Shown here in pieces: positions 35,707-45,532 of a stretch of 64,000 nt of DNA (positions are counted from its first letter, which is position 1; every line of letters starts with the position of its first letter). The stretch lies in the NCBI GenBank assembly GCA_016215625.1, contig JACRIW010000016.1, positions 6,025-70,024 of the forward strand, read 5' to 3'. Source of the stretch: Candidatus Eiseniibacteriota bacterium (GTDB lineage: Bacteria > Eisenbacteria > RBG-16-71-46). Position numbers and translations under genes: made by a program. The notes beneath the pieces were generated by a model. The model was given only the letters and a program-made list of their open reading frames with translations. It was not told the origin of the DNA and made no database searches.

Positions 35707-37997
35707 CGCGCCACCGGTCTTCGCGTCATGCCCCAGAAGTCCTGGAGCACCCAGTCGACGAGTGCGATCGCGTGCGCACGCTGGAAGTACCAGATCGGGA
35801 ACCCCGACGTGACAACCGGCGCGCAGTCGTCGCCGTGATAGAGCGTCATGACCGGCCAGTTGGGCCCGGCGAGTCCTCCCTGCGTCACGTAGAGCGTGTC
35901 GAGCGCCGAGCGCACCGGGCTCGCGGGCGTGTCGAGCCCCTCGAGGAGCCGGGTGGGCTGCGACAGGTACTCGGCGACATGGCTCGTCACGTAGAACTCG
36001 CCGTTCACGCGATACGGCGGCAGCGCATCCGTGGCCGCGGTCTTCTCGGCGAGAAGTGGCGGCAGTGCGGCGTAATCCGGCGCGCCGGCCCACCCGCCGA
36101 CCGCGCGCGGCGACTTCGCGGCCCGCGTGGTGCTGTTGAGCGTGATCTCGTGCCGCCAGTGCGGGAACGCGTACGGAAAGCGGCCGGCGACCAGCTCGCC
36201 CGTGGATTCGGCGAACACGTTGTCGGGCGTGCCGCGCGAGGGCTTGTACGAGATGAGGCTCGCGTACGCGGCGCCGCCTCCCATCAGCCACAGCCGCCCG
36301 CCCTGCGCGATCCACACCGCGAGCGAGTTGTTCACGCCGGGATCGGTGAGCGCGCGCAGCATCGGGATCGAGAACGCGCCCGAGCCGATCGGGTTGATGC
36401 CGTTCCGCGCGCGCGTGATGTCGGTGATCCAGACGATGTTCCGGTAGCGGTCGAGCCGTCCCAGCGACATGGCGCCGAGAGCGATCGAACGCGTACTGAC
36501 CGTGTCGAACGCGTAGCCCACGAAGATTCCGGGGACGCTGCGCGTGCCCGTGGGATAGCACCGCCACGGCTTGTCGCCGACCGCCACGAGGAACGAATCG
36601 AGTTCGGCGGACGTCGGCCAGGTGCCGCGCGGGCGGTCCACGCAGCCGCCCGTGACGAGCTTGTCGAGCGGGAAGCCCGTGTCGTTCACGATCAGCAGGT
36701 CGCGCTCGAACGTGGGGCGGCGGCAGCGGAATTCGATCACCGCGAGGCTCTGGTAGCCGATGTCGTCGGTGGCCTTGAGATAGAAGTAGTGCGGCGCGCT
36801 CACGCCCGAGGCCGCTGCTTCGAAGGGCGGCAACAGCACGTTCGTCGCGGTGGTCGGCTGGCTCCAGTGCGAGAGATCCGTGAGTTCGTTGGCGCGCGGC
36901 GCGATGTCCTCGATCGAACTGAGGTCGACCGCCCACTGGTAGGACTGGACATATGTGCCCGACGAGTTTGCGGCCGACCACGAAAGCGGGATCGGCAGGT
37001 CGGCGGGGAACTCCTGCTGGACGAAGCTCGACGGCTCCGAGAACCAGCCGCCGGACGGATAGCGGTAGTAGAACGAGTCGTTGAAGAGCGTGAGCTGCGG
37101 CCCGATGGAGGCGTTCGTGTCGATGTACAGGTCGAGCACGTTCTCGAACAGCGAGAAGCCCGGCGACGTCGCGCCCGCGGTGTCGAACGCGACGATCGCG
37201 AACAGGTAGCGCTGGCGCGGCGTGAGCCCCGAGAGCGTGAGCGACGTGGTGGCGCCGGGCAGCGAGTCCCAGCCCGCGTACGCGGGCGCGAACAGCGTCC
37301 GCAGCGTGTCCGGGTTCGCGGCGACGTCGGCGGCGGAGGGCGCCGTGCTCACCGAGAAGACGCGGTACTTGTATTCGACCGGCAGCTTCGACGTGACGCC
37401 GTCGGGGTCGCGCCCGGTCCAGTGGATCTGCACGGTCGGTGCGACGAGGCGCGAGCCGAGGCCCGAGGGCTGCGGGCCGGAGATCGCGACCGTGGGCGCG
37501 ATCGTCGTCGCGTCGAAGGTCACGGACGCAGGCGGCGACCACGCACCGCGATCGTCCACCGCCTCGACGACGAGCGTGTGCATGCGGTGCGCGACCGGGC
37601 CCGTGCCCGCGCTGTCCACGGGGAATTGGAAGAAGCGCCGGTTCTCGCTCGTCGCGGTCCAGAGCGTCTCGGCAGCCGCGGCGCGCGGCGGGTCCACCGC
37701 CCAGCGGAACCCCGTCACCGCGCCGTCGGCGTCGGAGGCCGACCAACTGAACTCGAACGCGTACTGCGAGGGCGAGCCGGATTGAGCGGGCCACTGCGTG
37801 ATCTCGACCGTGGGGCGAGCGTTCGGGATCAACACACCCATGTAGCCGCGCTCGGAGCACGAGGAAGCCGCGCACCACGCGACGATCACGAGACAGAGCC
37901 ACACGCCGGAACGCAATGTTCCGCGCACGAACGCCTTCACCGCCCTCCCCTTCTCACCCGGAACGGGGAGTGTGCGGGCCGCGCTCGCGCCCATCAA
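35703..37997 (-). CDS. Secreted/lipoprotein-like hypothetical protein (764 aa)
   Basis: The N-terminal hydrophobic segment is VWLCLVIVAWCAASSCS. The sequence is Ig/fibronectin-like in character (repeated ...WTGRDPDGVTS... blocks). Its stop overlaps the start of the downstream T9SS cargo gene. Confidence 0.45.
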   Translation of the reverse strand: MMGASAARTLPVPGEKGRAVKAFVRGTLRSGVWLCLVIVAWCAASSCSERGYMGVLIPNARPTVEITQWPAQSGSPSQYAFEFSWSASDADGAVTGFRWAVDPPRAAAAETLWTATSENRRFFQFPVDSAGTGPVAHRMHTLVVEAVDDRGAWSPPASVTFDATTIAPTVAISGPQPSGLGSRLVAPTVQIHWTGRDPDGVTSKLPVEYKYRVFSVSTAPSAADVAANPDTLRTLFAPAYAGWDSLPGATTSLTLSGLTPRQRYLFAIVAFDTAGATSPGFSLFENVLDLYIDTNASIGPQLTLFNDSFYYRYPSGGWFSEPSSFVQQEFPADLPIPLSWSAANSSGTYVQSYQWAVDLSSIEDIAPRANELTDLSHWSQPTTATNVLLPPFEAAASGVSAPHYFYLKATDDIGYQSLAVIEFRCRRPTFERDLLIVNDTGFPLDKLVTGGCVDRPRGTWPTSAELDSFLVAVGDKPWRCYPTGTRSVPGIFVGYAFDTVSTRSIALGAMSLGRLDRYRNIVWITDITRARNGINPIGSGAFSIPMLRALTDPGVNNSLAVWIAQGGRLWLMGGGAAYASLISYKPSRGTPDNVFAESTGELVAGRFPYAFPHWRHEITLNSTTRAAKSPRAVGGWAGAPDYAALPPLLAEKTAATDALPPYRVNGEFYVTSHVAEYLSQPTRLLEGLDTPASPVRSALDTLYVTQGGLAGPNWPVMTLYHGDDCAPVVTSGFPIWYFQRAHAIALVDWVLQDFWGMTRRPVAR

Positions 37998-38015
37998 GCG
38001 GAAACTCGTGCGGCC

Positions 38016-38387
38016 TCAACCCTGCGGCGCCGCGCCGCCCTTCTCGAGCCGCACGCGGAACGCACCGCCCTCGCTCTTCGCGAACACGATCGTGTCGCCG
38101 GGCTCGAGCCCGCGTTCGCGGCACCACTTCATCATGCCCGGCTGGCTCGGCGACCGCGGACGGAACACCCACGAGCCGTACTGGATGTCGCTCTCGAACG
38201 ACCAGCCGAGGTCGGTCTCGATCGTGAGCGGCTTCACCTCGTACGGCCGCGGCGCGTCCTTCGGGCCGCGAGGCCCGATGCTTTCGCGCGGAAAAAACTC
38301 GAGGATGTCCCACAGCGGCACGTTGCGCTGCGTGAACGTCCACACGTCCTCCGGCGTCTTCACCGGGATGCGAGCTTCGGCGCTCAT
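38016..38387 (-). CDS. Hypothetical protein (123 aa)
   Basis: This is the M153 start of ORF 38016..38843, reading MSAEARIPVKTPEDVWTFTQRNVPLWDILEFFPRESIGPRGPKDAPRPYEV.... Its ATG overlaps the upstream gene stop (ATGA). Confidence 0.4.
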   Translation of the reverse strand: MSAEARIPVKTPEDVWTFTQRNVPLWDILEFFPRESIGPRGPKDAPRPYEVKPLTIETDLGWSFESDIQYGSWVFRPRSPSQPGMMKWCRERGLEPGDTIVFAKSEGGAFRVRLEKGGAAPQG

Positions 38388-38875
38388 CGCACACCGTGCG
38401 CGGCGGCGAGCACTTCGATCGCCTTCAGCGCTTCGTCGAAGCCGGGCTCGACGTCCTGGAACTGGACGAGCAGCGCCGGCTTGCCGCCGATCACGTTGAG
38501 CGCCGCGAACGGCCGCGCGAGCGGTGTCATGCGCCTGACCACCGACCAGGGTTCCTTCGGGTAGACCTCGAGCGCCTTCGCGAGCCCCGCGTCGCGCACG
38601 GCCACGCGTTGCATGTCGTCCCAGCGCACGAGGCCGCAGCCCATGCGGCGGTCGTCGATGCCGTGCTCGTCGATGCGCAGCGCGAGATCGCCCATGAACA
38701 TGCGCGGCACGTGCATCGCGGGCGCGATCACGCCGAAGATCACGAAGGCGGCGCCCGCGTACACGCGCAGGCGGCCCTCCGCGTGCCACGCGACCCAGCC
38801 GAACACGACCGCCATCGCGCACGTGCCCGCGAGGATGGCCCACTGCCTGTGGCGGGCGAAGCGGAACTCGATCAC
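38384..38875 (-). CDS. Small membrane protein with two TM helices and a PH-like C-terminal domain (163 aa)
   Basis: A GTG start has AGGAG 5 nt upstream, immediately after the S9 peptidase stop. The sequence VIEFRFARHRQWAILAGTCAMAVVFGWVAWHAEGRLRVYAGAAFVIFGVIAPAM then a soluble domain. This is only the C-terminal part of spurious ORF 38384..40801. Confidence 0.45.
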   Translation of the reverse strand: MIEFRFARHRQWAILAGTCAMAVVFGWVAWHAEGRLRVYAGAAFVIFGVIAPAMHVPRMFMGDLALRIDEHGIDDRRMGCGLVRWDDMQRVAVRDAGLAKALEVYPKEPWSVVRRMTPLARPFAALNVIGGKPALLVQFQDVEPGFDEALKAIEVLAAAHGVR

Positions 38876-38883
38876 GCGCGCTC

Positions 38884-41118
38884 CTAGGGCTGCGGCGGCG
38901 CGCCGTCGCCCGGCGCGCCGAGATGCTGCCGGAAGTACTCCGCCATGCGCGAGTACACGCGCTGCACCTGCACGGCCTCGATCACCGAGTGCGCCTGGCC
39001 CGGCAGCGGCAGGAAGTCCCAGTTCATGCCGGCCCGGTTGAGCGCGTCGGCGAGCTTGAGCGTGTGGAAGAAGTACACGTTGTCGTCGGCGGTGCCGTGA
39101 ACGACGAGCAGCGGGTTCTTCAGGAAGCACGCGCTCGTGAGCGCGCTGCTCACCTGGTACGCGCCCGAATCGGCGTCGGGGAAGCCCAGGTAGCGCTCGG
39201 TGTAGAACGTGTCGTAGTCGCGCCAGTCCACGACGGGCGCGCCGGCGACCCCGGCCTTGTACAAGCTGCCCGAGCGCTCGAGCGCGAGCACGGCGAAGTA
39301 GCCGCCGAACGACCAGCCGGTCACGCCGACGCGCTCGAAGTCCATCTCGGGATGCAGGCGGCAGAGTTCGAGGATCGCCGCCTGATGATCGGCGAGCGCG
39401 GGACCGATCAGGTTGCCGCGGATCGCGCGCTCGAACGAGCGCGTGCGGCCGGGAGTCCCGTGCCCGTCCACGGCGACCACGATGAAGCCCTGGTCCGCGA
39501 GGTACTGCTCGAGCACGTAGCCGTCGGCGCGGTGCACGACGCGGTTCGAGTGCGGTCCCGCGTACGCCCAGTCCACGACCGGGTAGCGTTTCATCCGATC
39601 GAAGTCGCGCGGGCGCACGATCACGGCCGCGAGCGAGTCCGGCGTCACGCGCTCCCACGACACGTTCGGCGTGTACGGCAGCGGCTCGGCGTTCGACTTC
39701 ACCTCGCCGATCACCTTGCCGCGGGCGTCCTCGATCCGGTGGGCGACCGCCCCGGTGACGGGCCTGACGACGTGCACACGGACGCGGGCGCCGGGACGCA
39801 CCACGAGTTCGTCGCTGCCCGGCTCGTCGCCGATCCGCTGCATTTCGCCGTGGCCGGTGAGCGAGACGGCGTAGACGTGGCTCTCGACCGCATCGGTCGT
39901 CGCGCTCACGTAGGCGACCGCGAGCTTCTCGTCCACCGCGACGATCGACTGCACGCGCAGCCCCCAGGGCGTGAGCCGTCGCACGAGCGTGCCGTCGGCC
40001 GCCCGCAGCTCGAGCTGCGGCCCGGAGTCGTCGCGCTCCGCGATCCAGAGGAAGCCACGCTTCTCGACGAAGCGCGGCGCGGACTGCGCGAGGTTGATCC
40101 AGACGTCGTCGTGCTCGGTGAGAAGCGTGCGCGTGGCGCCGGTCGTGGCGTCGCAGGCCAGAAGCGCTTCGTTCTTCTGCGCGCGGTCCATGACGAGCAG
40201 CGCGAGCGGCCCGCCCATTTGCCAGCGTACGGTGCACAGGTACGGATACTTCGCACGGTCCCATTCGACGAACCGCGGCGCGCCGCCGGCCACGCTCACG
40301 ATCGCGAGCCGCACGTCGGCATTGGCGCGGCCGGGCCGCGGATAGGCGAAGTCGAGCGGCGTCGCGACCGGATCGGAGGGGTCGGCGATGCGCATGCGCT
40401 CGACCATGCTCTCGTCGGTGCGCTGCACGGCGATCGCGCGCGAGTCGGGCGACCACCACCAGCCCTCGTAGCGGTGCATCTCCTCCTGCGCGATGAAGTC
40501 GGGCGGCCCCCACGTGACGTGCGCGCTCTCGCGCGCCGCGAGCACGCGCTCGGCGCCCGTCGCGAGATCGATCACGCACAGCGAGCCGTCGCGCACCAGC
40601 CCGACGAACGCGCCGTCGGGCGAGAAACGCGCATCCTGCGCGCCGGTCCTGCCGGTTGAGAGTTCGCGCACGGCGCCGCTCGCGCGCTCGAGCACGAACA
40701 GCCGGCCCGAGAGCGGCACGAGCAGCCGGCTGCCGTCGCGCGAGAGCTCGAACGAGGCGATCCCGCGCGCGGAGGAACGCAGGCGCTGCTGCCGGGCCCA
40801 CTCTTCCTTCGAGAGCCTTTCCTGGCCTCCGGCCAGGAGTTGCGACGCCGTGAGCACGACGCGCTCACGCTTCGTGCGCGTGTCGTAGGCCCACAGGTCG
40901 AGCGTGCGGCTGCGGCCGTCGGCCGAGCGCAGGAACAGCACCTCGCCGCCGTCGGGCGTGATCGTGAACGCGCGCGGCGTGCCCGAGCGGAAGCGGTCGG
41001 TGGCCGAATACTGGTCGAGCAGGTCCTCGGCGGCCGCGCCGCGCGGCGCGAACGCACACGCGGCCGCCGCGCACAGCGCGAACGTGACGATCGAGCGGCG
41101 GGTGTACGAAGCGCGCAT
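38884..41118 (-). CDS. S9-family serine peptidase (dipeptidyl aminopeptidase IV / prolyl oligopeptidase-like), secreted
   Basis: The M95 start gives the signal peptide MRASYTRRSIVTFALCAAAACAFA, with GGGAG upstream. An N-terminal beta-propeller is followed by the catalytic GWSFGGY (GxSxG), ...VHGTADDNV (Asp) and ...GQAHS (His). Confidence 0.75.
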   Translation of the reverse strand: MRASYTRRSIVTFALCAAAACAFAPRGAAAEDLLDQYSATDRFRSGTPRAFTITPDGGEVLFLRSADGRSRTLDLWAYDTRTKRERVVLTASQLLAGGQERLSKEEWARQQRLRSSARGIASFELSRDGSRLLVPLSGRLFVLERASGAVRELSTGRTGAQDARFSPDGAFVGLVRDGSLCVIDLATGAERVLAARESAHVTWGPPDFIAQEEMHRYEGWWWSPDSRAIAVQRTDESMVERMRIADPSDPVATPLDFAYPRPGRANADVRLAIVSVAGGAPRFVEWDRAKYPYLCTVRWQMGGPLALLVMDRAQKNEALLACDATTGATRTLLTEHDDVWINLAQSAPRFVEKRGFLWIAERDDSGPQLELRAADGTLVRRLTPWGLRVQSIVAVDEKLAVAYVSATTDAVESHVYAVSLTGHGEMQRIGDEPGSDELVVRPGARVRVHVVRPVTGAVAHRIEDARGKVIGEVKSNAEPLPYTPNVSWERVTPDSLAAVIVRPRDFDRMKRYPVVDWAYAGPHSNRVVHRADGYVLEQYLADQGFIVVAVDGHGTPGRTRSFERAIRGNLIGPALADHQAAILELCRLHPEMDFERVGVTGWSFGGYFAVLALERSGSLYKAGVAGAPVVDWRDYDTFYTERYLGFPDADSGAYQVSSALTSACFLKNPLLVVHGTADDNVYFFHTLKLADALNRAGMNWDFLPLPGQAHSVIEAVQVQRVYSRMAEYFRQHLGAPGDGAPPQP

Positions 41119-41135
41119 GCGCGACTCCCGGAGGC

Positions 41136-41588
41136 TCAGAGCCCGAACTGCGTGAGGTGATGGTTCCAGTGACGCCAGACGAGCCGGCCCATCTGCGGAC
41201 CGCTCAACGGGCCGAACGCCGGGTGCACGGTCGCGGCCTTCGCTTCGCCGTTCGCGACCATGCGGTGCACGCGCTCCTTCAGCTCCGCGACGAGCGCGCC
41301 GAGCTCGCCCGGCGAATCGCTCAGGTACTGCGGCGCGGTCGGCGTGCTCTTCGGCCACGGCATGCCCGAGTCGATGATCAGCCAGTGGAAGAGCGGCCAC
41401 TTGAACACCGGCGGCGTCGGCCGCGGCGGCACATGGATCTCGCCGAGCACGTTGCGCATCTGCGCGTTCAGGTGGAAGACCATCTGCTCGGGCGTGAAAC
41501 CGCCCCAGCGGCGCGCGGTCGTCGTGGTCAGCCGGTCGAGCCGGGCGAACATCGCGTTGCGTGCGGCCTCGTCGAACATCGTGGGCAT
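41136..41588 (-). CDS. DinB/DUF1569-like four-helix-bundle protein (150 aa)
   Basis: MPTMFDEAARNAMFARLDRLTTTTARRWGGFTPEQMVFHLNAQMRNVLGEIHV...GPQMGRLVWRHWNHHLTQFGL has GGAGG upstream. It is the C-terminal real part of spurious ORF 41136..43247. Confidence 0.5.
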   Translation of the reverse strand: MPTMFDEAARNAMFARLDRLTTTTARRWGGFTPEQMVFHLNAQMRNVLGEIHVPPRPTPPVFKWPLFHWLIIDSGMPWPKSTPTAPQYLSDSPGELGALVAELKERVHRMVANGEAKAATVHPAFGPLSGPQMGRLVWRHWNHHLTQFGL

Positions 41589-41614
41589 GGCGCGTCCTCC
41601 GGGGGTTCGTCGTG

Positions 41615-42235
41615 CTAGGTGAGCGGCTGGCCGCTGCTGCGCGAGATGCGCGGGCGCGGCACCTTCGCCAGTTCGCGGAACGGCATGTAGAACTCGCCGC
41701 CGAGACGGCCGACCGGGCGCAGCTTGGCCGCGTCCACGCGCCCTTCGGTGAGCACGCGCTCGTCCACGCGCGCGAGCACGATCTCGCCGACCAGGAAGAA
41801 CGCGTTGCCGAGCGGGATCTCGCGGTGGAGCCGGCACTCGAGGTGGATGGGCGACTCCTGCACCGAAGGCGCCTGCACCTTCTCGGACGGCGCCGGCGTG
41901 AGCCCCGCGATCTCGAACTCGTTCACGCCCGTGGGCCACTCGCCCGCCGTCTGCACCATGGCGGGCAGCAGGTCTTCGTCCACGGCGTTGATCACGAACT
42001 CGCCCGTCTCGCGGATGTTGCGCAGCGTGTCCTTCGGGTCGTCCTTGCGGTCCACGACCGCGAGCCCGACGAGCGGCGGCGCGCTCGAGATGGCGATGAA
42101 GTACGAGAACGGCGCGAGGTTGAATCCGCCGGACGCGCTCCGCGTGGACACGAAGGCGATCGGCCGCGGCACCACGGCGCTGGTGAGGAACGAGTACATC
42201 TGCGGCAGGGCGATGTCGGCGGGATCGAGACGCAT
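41615..42235 (-). CDS. Flavin reductase-like (FMN-binding split-barrel) domain protein
   Basis: LPQMYSFLTSAVVPRPIAFVSTRSASGGFNLAPFSYFIAISSAPPLVGLAV is the typical flavin reductase/HpaC-like N-terminal signature. Confidence 0.65.
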   Translation of the reverse strand: MRLDPADIALPQMYSFLTSAVVPRPIAFVSTRSASGGFNLAPFSYFIAISSAPPLVGLAVVDRKDDPKDTLRNIRETGEFVINAVDEDLLPAMVQTAGEWPTGVNEFEIAGLTPAPSEKVQAPSVQESPIHLECRLHREIPLGNAFFLVGEIVLARVDERVLTEGRVDAAKLRPVGRLGGEFYMPFRELAKVPRPRISRSSGQPLT

Positions 42236-42419
42236 GGCGGGCGGGGTCGCTCCGTGTGGTGTGCCGTCGGGGAAAAGCGTCGCGGGAGCCTGCCGCGCCG
42301 CGGCCGCGAGCGCAACCGTGCGGGCGTACCTCCGTGGCCGTGAGCGCGAGCGCGCGGTGGTCTAGTATGGCGGCGCATTTCCGCGCCCATCCCGCGGCTC
42401 GCATCCATCCCTCCCTCGC

Positions 42420-43328
42420 ATGGAGAAGGGCATCGTGGAATTCCGAAAGATCACCATCGTGGGCGGCGGCGGGTTCATGGGCCGCTCGCTCGCGCAGAAG
42501 ATCGCCTCCAGCGGCATCGACGTGACCGTGCTCGAGGTTTCGCAGGAACGCATCGGACACGCGCAGCGCGGCATGGCGGCGAGCCTCGACGACGAACTCC
42601 GCAAGTGGGGCATCACGGCCAGCGAGAAGAAGGTCGTGCTCTCGCGCGTCTCCTTCACGACCGAGCCCTCCGAGGCGGCCGACTGCGATCTCGCGATCGA
42701 GGCCGTGCCCGAGGACCTCGCGCTCAAGCAGGCGGTCATGCTGCGGCTCGACGCCGTGTGCCGCCCCGAAACCGTGTTCGTGACCAGCACCGCGACGCTC
42801 AGCGTGACCGAGATCGCCGCCGCTTCGGGCCGCGCCGACCGCGTCGTGGGCATGCACTTCCTGCATCCCGTCACGCGCAGCAAGCTCGTCGAGATCGTGC
42901 GCGGATCCGAGACGAGCGATGCGACCTTCGCGACCGCCACCACGCTCGCGCGCACGCTCGACAAGACGCTCATCGAGGTCTTCGAGTATCCGGGCTACGT
43001 GGTCACCCGCGCGATCCTGCCGTTCGTGAACGAGGCCATGCACATCGTCATGGAAGGCGTCGCGAGCGCCGAGGACGTGGATCTCGCGCTGCGGCTGGGC
43101 TACGAGTTCAAGATGGGCCCGCTCGAGTACGCCGACCGCGTCGGTCTCGACACGATGCTCGACTGGATGGAGCACCTGTTCCACGAGCTCGGCGACTTCA
43201 AGTACCGCCCCTGCCCGCTGCTGCGCAAGATGGTCCGCGCCGGGCACAAGGGCCGCAAGACGGGGCGCGGTTTCTTCGAGTGGAAGGGCAGCGAGCGCGT
43301 GCGCTCCGAGAAGGAGGCGTCGCGATGA
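42420..43328 (+). CDS. hbd: 3-hydroxyacyl-CoA (3-hydroxybutyryl-CoA) dehydrogenase, NAD-binding
   Basis: KITIVGGGGFMGRSLAQKIASSGIDVTVLE is a Rossmann GxGxxG. ...AIEAVPEDLALKQAV...VGMHFLHPV...LIEV is typical of the 3HCDH family. Confidence 0.75.
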   Translation: MEKGIVEFRKITIVGGGGFMGRSLAQKIASSGIDVTVLEVSQERIGHAQRGMAASLDDELRKWGITASEKKVVLSRVSFTTEPSEAADCDLAIEAVPEDLALKQAVMLRLDAVCRPETVFVTSTATLSVTEIAAASGRADRVVGMHFLHPVTRSKLVEIVRGSETSDATFATATTLARTLDKTLIEVFEYPGYVVTRAILPFVNEAMHIVMEGVASAEDVDLALRLGYEFKMGPLEYADRVGLDTMLDWMEHLFHELGDFKYRPCPLLRKMVRAGHKGRKTGRGFFEWKGSERVRSEKEASR

Positions 43329-44557
43329 AGGTGCTCGTGCTCAACTGCGGCTCGTCCTCGGTGAAGTACCAGCTGATCGAGACGTCGCTCGAACAGATCG
43401 AAGCGAACGCCGACGTCGTGATCGCGAAGGGCTCCGTGGACCGCATCGGCACCGGCAGCGCGGTGCACACGTTCCAGCCGGCCGGGCGCGCGAAGGTGAC
43501 CGAGTCGGGCGAGATCCTCGAGCACCGCGAGGCGCTCACGCAGATCGTGCGCATGCTCACGCACGCCGAGAAGGGCGTGATCGCCTCCCCGGGCGAGATC
43601 GACGCCGTCGGCCACCGCGTCGTGCACGGCGGCGAGAAGTTCACGGCGTCCGCGCTCGCGACTCCCGAGGCCATCGCGGCCGTCGAGGCGTGCGTGCCGC
43701 TCGCGCCGCTGCACAACCCGCCCAACCTGCGCGGCTACGAAGCGGCGAAGCGCATCCTGCCCGACGTGCCGCACGCGCTCGTGTTCGACACGGCGTACCA
43801 CCAGACGATGCCGCCCGTGTCGTACCTGTACGGCCTGCCCTACGTGCTGTACTCGCGCCACAAGATCCGGCGCTACGGCTTCCACGGCACCTCGCACCGG
43901 TTCGTCGGCTGGCGTTCGCGCCAGCTGCTCGGCCGCCCGCGCGAGGAGACGCGTCTCGTGACGTGCCACCTCGGCAACGGCGCGAGCGTGTGCGCGATCG
44001 ACCACGGCCGCTCGGTGGACACGAGCATGGGCTTCACGCCGCTCGAAGGGCTGCTCATGGGCACGCGCAGCGGCGACCTCGACGCGTCGGTCGTCTTCCA
44101 CGTCATGCACGAGGAAGACCTCACCGAGCACCAGGTCACGACCATGCTCAACAAGCACTCGGGACTCTTCGGGCTCTCGGGCGTGTCGAACGACATGCGC
44201 GAACTGCTCGCCGAGGAAGCGAAGGGGCACGAACGCGCGAAGCTCGCGATCGACCTGTTCTGCTACCGCCTGCGCAAGTACGTCGCGGCCTACGCCGGCG
44301 CGATGGGCGGCGTGGACGCGGTGATCTTCACCGGCGGCATCGGCGAGAACTCGCCGGCGATCCGCTCGCGATCGCTCGCCGGGCTCGAGTTCATGGGGCT
44401 CGAGGTGGACGAAGCGAAGAATGCCGCCGCGATCGGTACCGAGGCGGACGTCTCGGCCGCGGGCGCCCGCGTGAAGACGCTGGTGATCCCGACCAACGAG
44501 GAGCTGATCATCGCCCGCGACACCGTGCGACTGGTGGCGGGCGCCGAAAACCCCTAG
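43325..44557 (+). CDS. ackA: Acetate/propionate kinase
   Basis: MKVLVLNCGSSSVKYQL, ...VGHRVVHGG..., ...FDTAYHQTMP..., ...RRYGFHGTSH... and ...VIFTGGIGENS... are the five canonical acetokinase motifs. Its ATG overlaps the hbd stop (ATGA). Confidence 0.85.
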   Translation: MKVLVLNCGSSSVKYQLIETSLEQIEANADVVIAKGSVDRIGTGSAVHTFQPAGRAKVTESGEILEHREALTQIVRMLTHAEKGVIASPGEIDAVGHRVVHGGEKFTASALATPEAIAAVEACVPLAPLHNPPNLRGYEAAKRILPDVPHALVFDTAYHQTMPPVSYLYGLPYVLYSRHKIRRYGFHGTSHRFVGWRSRQLLGRPREETRLVTCHLGNGASVCAIDHGRSVDTSMGFTPLEGLLMGTRSGDLDASVVFHVMHEEDLTEHQVTTMLNKHSGLFGLSGVSNDMRELLAEEAKGHERAKLAIDLFCYRLRKYVAAYAGAMGGVDAVIFTGGIGENSPAIRSRSLAGLEFMGLEVDEAKNAAAIGTEADVSAAGARVKTLVIPTNEELIIARDTVRLVAGAENP

Positions 44558-44734
44558 AAGTGCGCGCTCGGGGTGACGGACGGCGCGGGAACGCCGCCCG
44601 TTCTCCCGGGGGTAGCAAAAGGGCGCATTGCGAAACGCGGACAAAATGTCGAAGCTGCCTTCGCAGCCCGAAGGTGACCGCGATCGCTCATGACACGAGC
44701 CGCGCGACCAGCGCGTCATGCAGGAAGGAGCCAC

Positions 44735-45532
44735 ATGATCCGCACGCTTCGTCTCGCCATGGTCATCGCCGCGTTCGCGACGGCCGCCATGGCGGTCTCA
44801 TGCGCCCAGCAGACCTCCAAGGCCGCGGCCGACGCCGCGGCTGCCGCCCAGGCCGCCGCCGACTCCGCCAAGACCGCCGCGGCCGTGCAGCGCGGCCAGC
44901 ACCTGTTCCTCTCGTACTGCGCCATGTGCCACGGCGACGGTGGCGCCGGTGACGGCGAAGCCGCGGCCCGGTTCCAGCGCGACAGCGTCATGGTCGCCAA
45001 GCTCAACAACTCGGACCGGATGGACAAGTTGACGCCCGAGGAGCTGCGCAAGGTGATCGCCGAAGGTGGCGGCAAGACCCACCGCTCCGACCTGATGCCG
45101 CCGTGGGCTTCGCGCCTGTCGCCGGAGCAGATCGACGACCTCGTGCAGTTCGTGCTGCAGCTGCGCTACATGAATCCGTCCGTGCCGTCCGCGACGCTCG
45201 CCGCGTACATGGCGGCGCCCGAGGGCGTGCCGGCCGACGGCCGCGCGCTGTTCGTGCACCACTGCGTGGCCTGCCACGGCTCCGAGGGCAAGGGCGACGG
45301 ACCGTTCGCCGCCAAGCTGCTCGAGACCGCGAAGGTCCAGCCGCGCAACCTGACGGACTCGGTCTACTTCAAGGATCGCAAGGACTCCGACCTGTACGCG
45401 ACGATCGCGCTGGGCGGCGGCCACTTCAAGAAGGCCGTGCAGATGCCCGCGTGGACGCAGACGTTGACGCCCGCGCAGATGAAGTCGCTGGTCGCCTACG
45501 TGCGGTCCATCTCGCAGACCGAATCGAAGTAG
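44735..45532 (+). CDS. Diheme c-type cytochrome (periplasmic)
   Basis: MIRTLRLAMVIAAFATAAMA is a signal peptide. There are two heme-binding sites, CAMCHGDG and CVACHGSEG. AGGAAGGAG lies upstream of the ATG. Confidence 0.75.
   Translation: MIRTLRLAMVIAAFATAAMAVSCAQQTSKAAADAAAAAQAAADSAKTAAAVQRGQHLFLSYCAMCHGDGGAGDGEAAARFQRDSVMVAKLNNSDRMDKLTPEELRKVIAEGGGKTHRSDLMPPWASRLSPEQIDDLVQFVLQLRYMNPSVPSATLAAYMAAPEGVPADGRALFVHHCVACHGSEGKGDGPFAAKLLETAKVQPRNLTDSVYFKDRKDSDLYATIALGGGHFKKAVQMPAWTQTLTPAQMKSLVAYVRSISQTESK

Noticed and set aside
33301-37902. Single 1533-aa minus ORF read as one giant protein
   Set aside because: Its upstream 2.2 kb overlaps the 764-aa secreted protein gene (35703..37997) in another frame. 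An ATG with signal peptide at 35706 overlapping that gene's stop gives a coherent 801-aa T9SS cargo protein.
35652-38564. 970-aa + strand ORF
   Set aside because: It is antisense to the two secreted-protein genes and the small downstream genes. It is low-complexity with no signal peptide or motif.
38384-40801. 805-aa minus-strand ORF
   Set aside because: It is out of frame with the S9 peptidase over most of its length. Only the C-terminal 163 codons, with an AGGAG-GTG start after the peptidase stop, are judged real.
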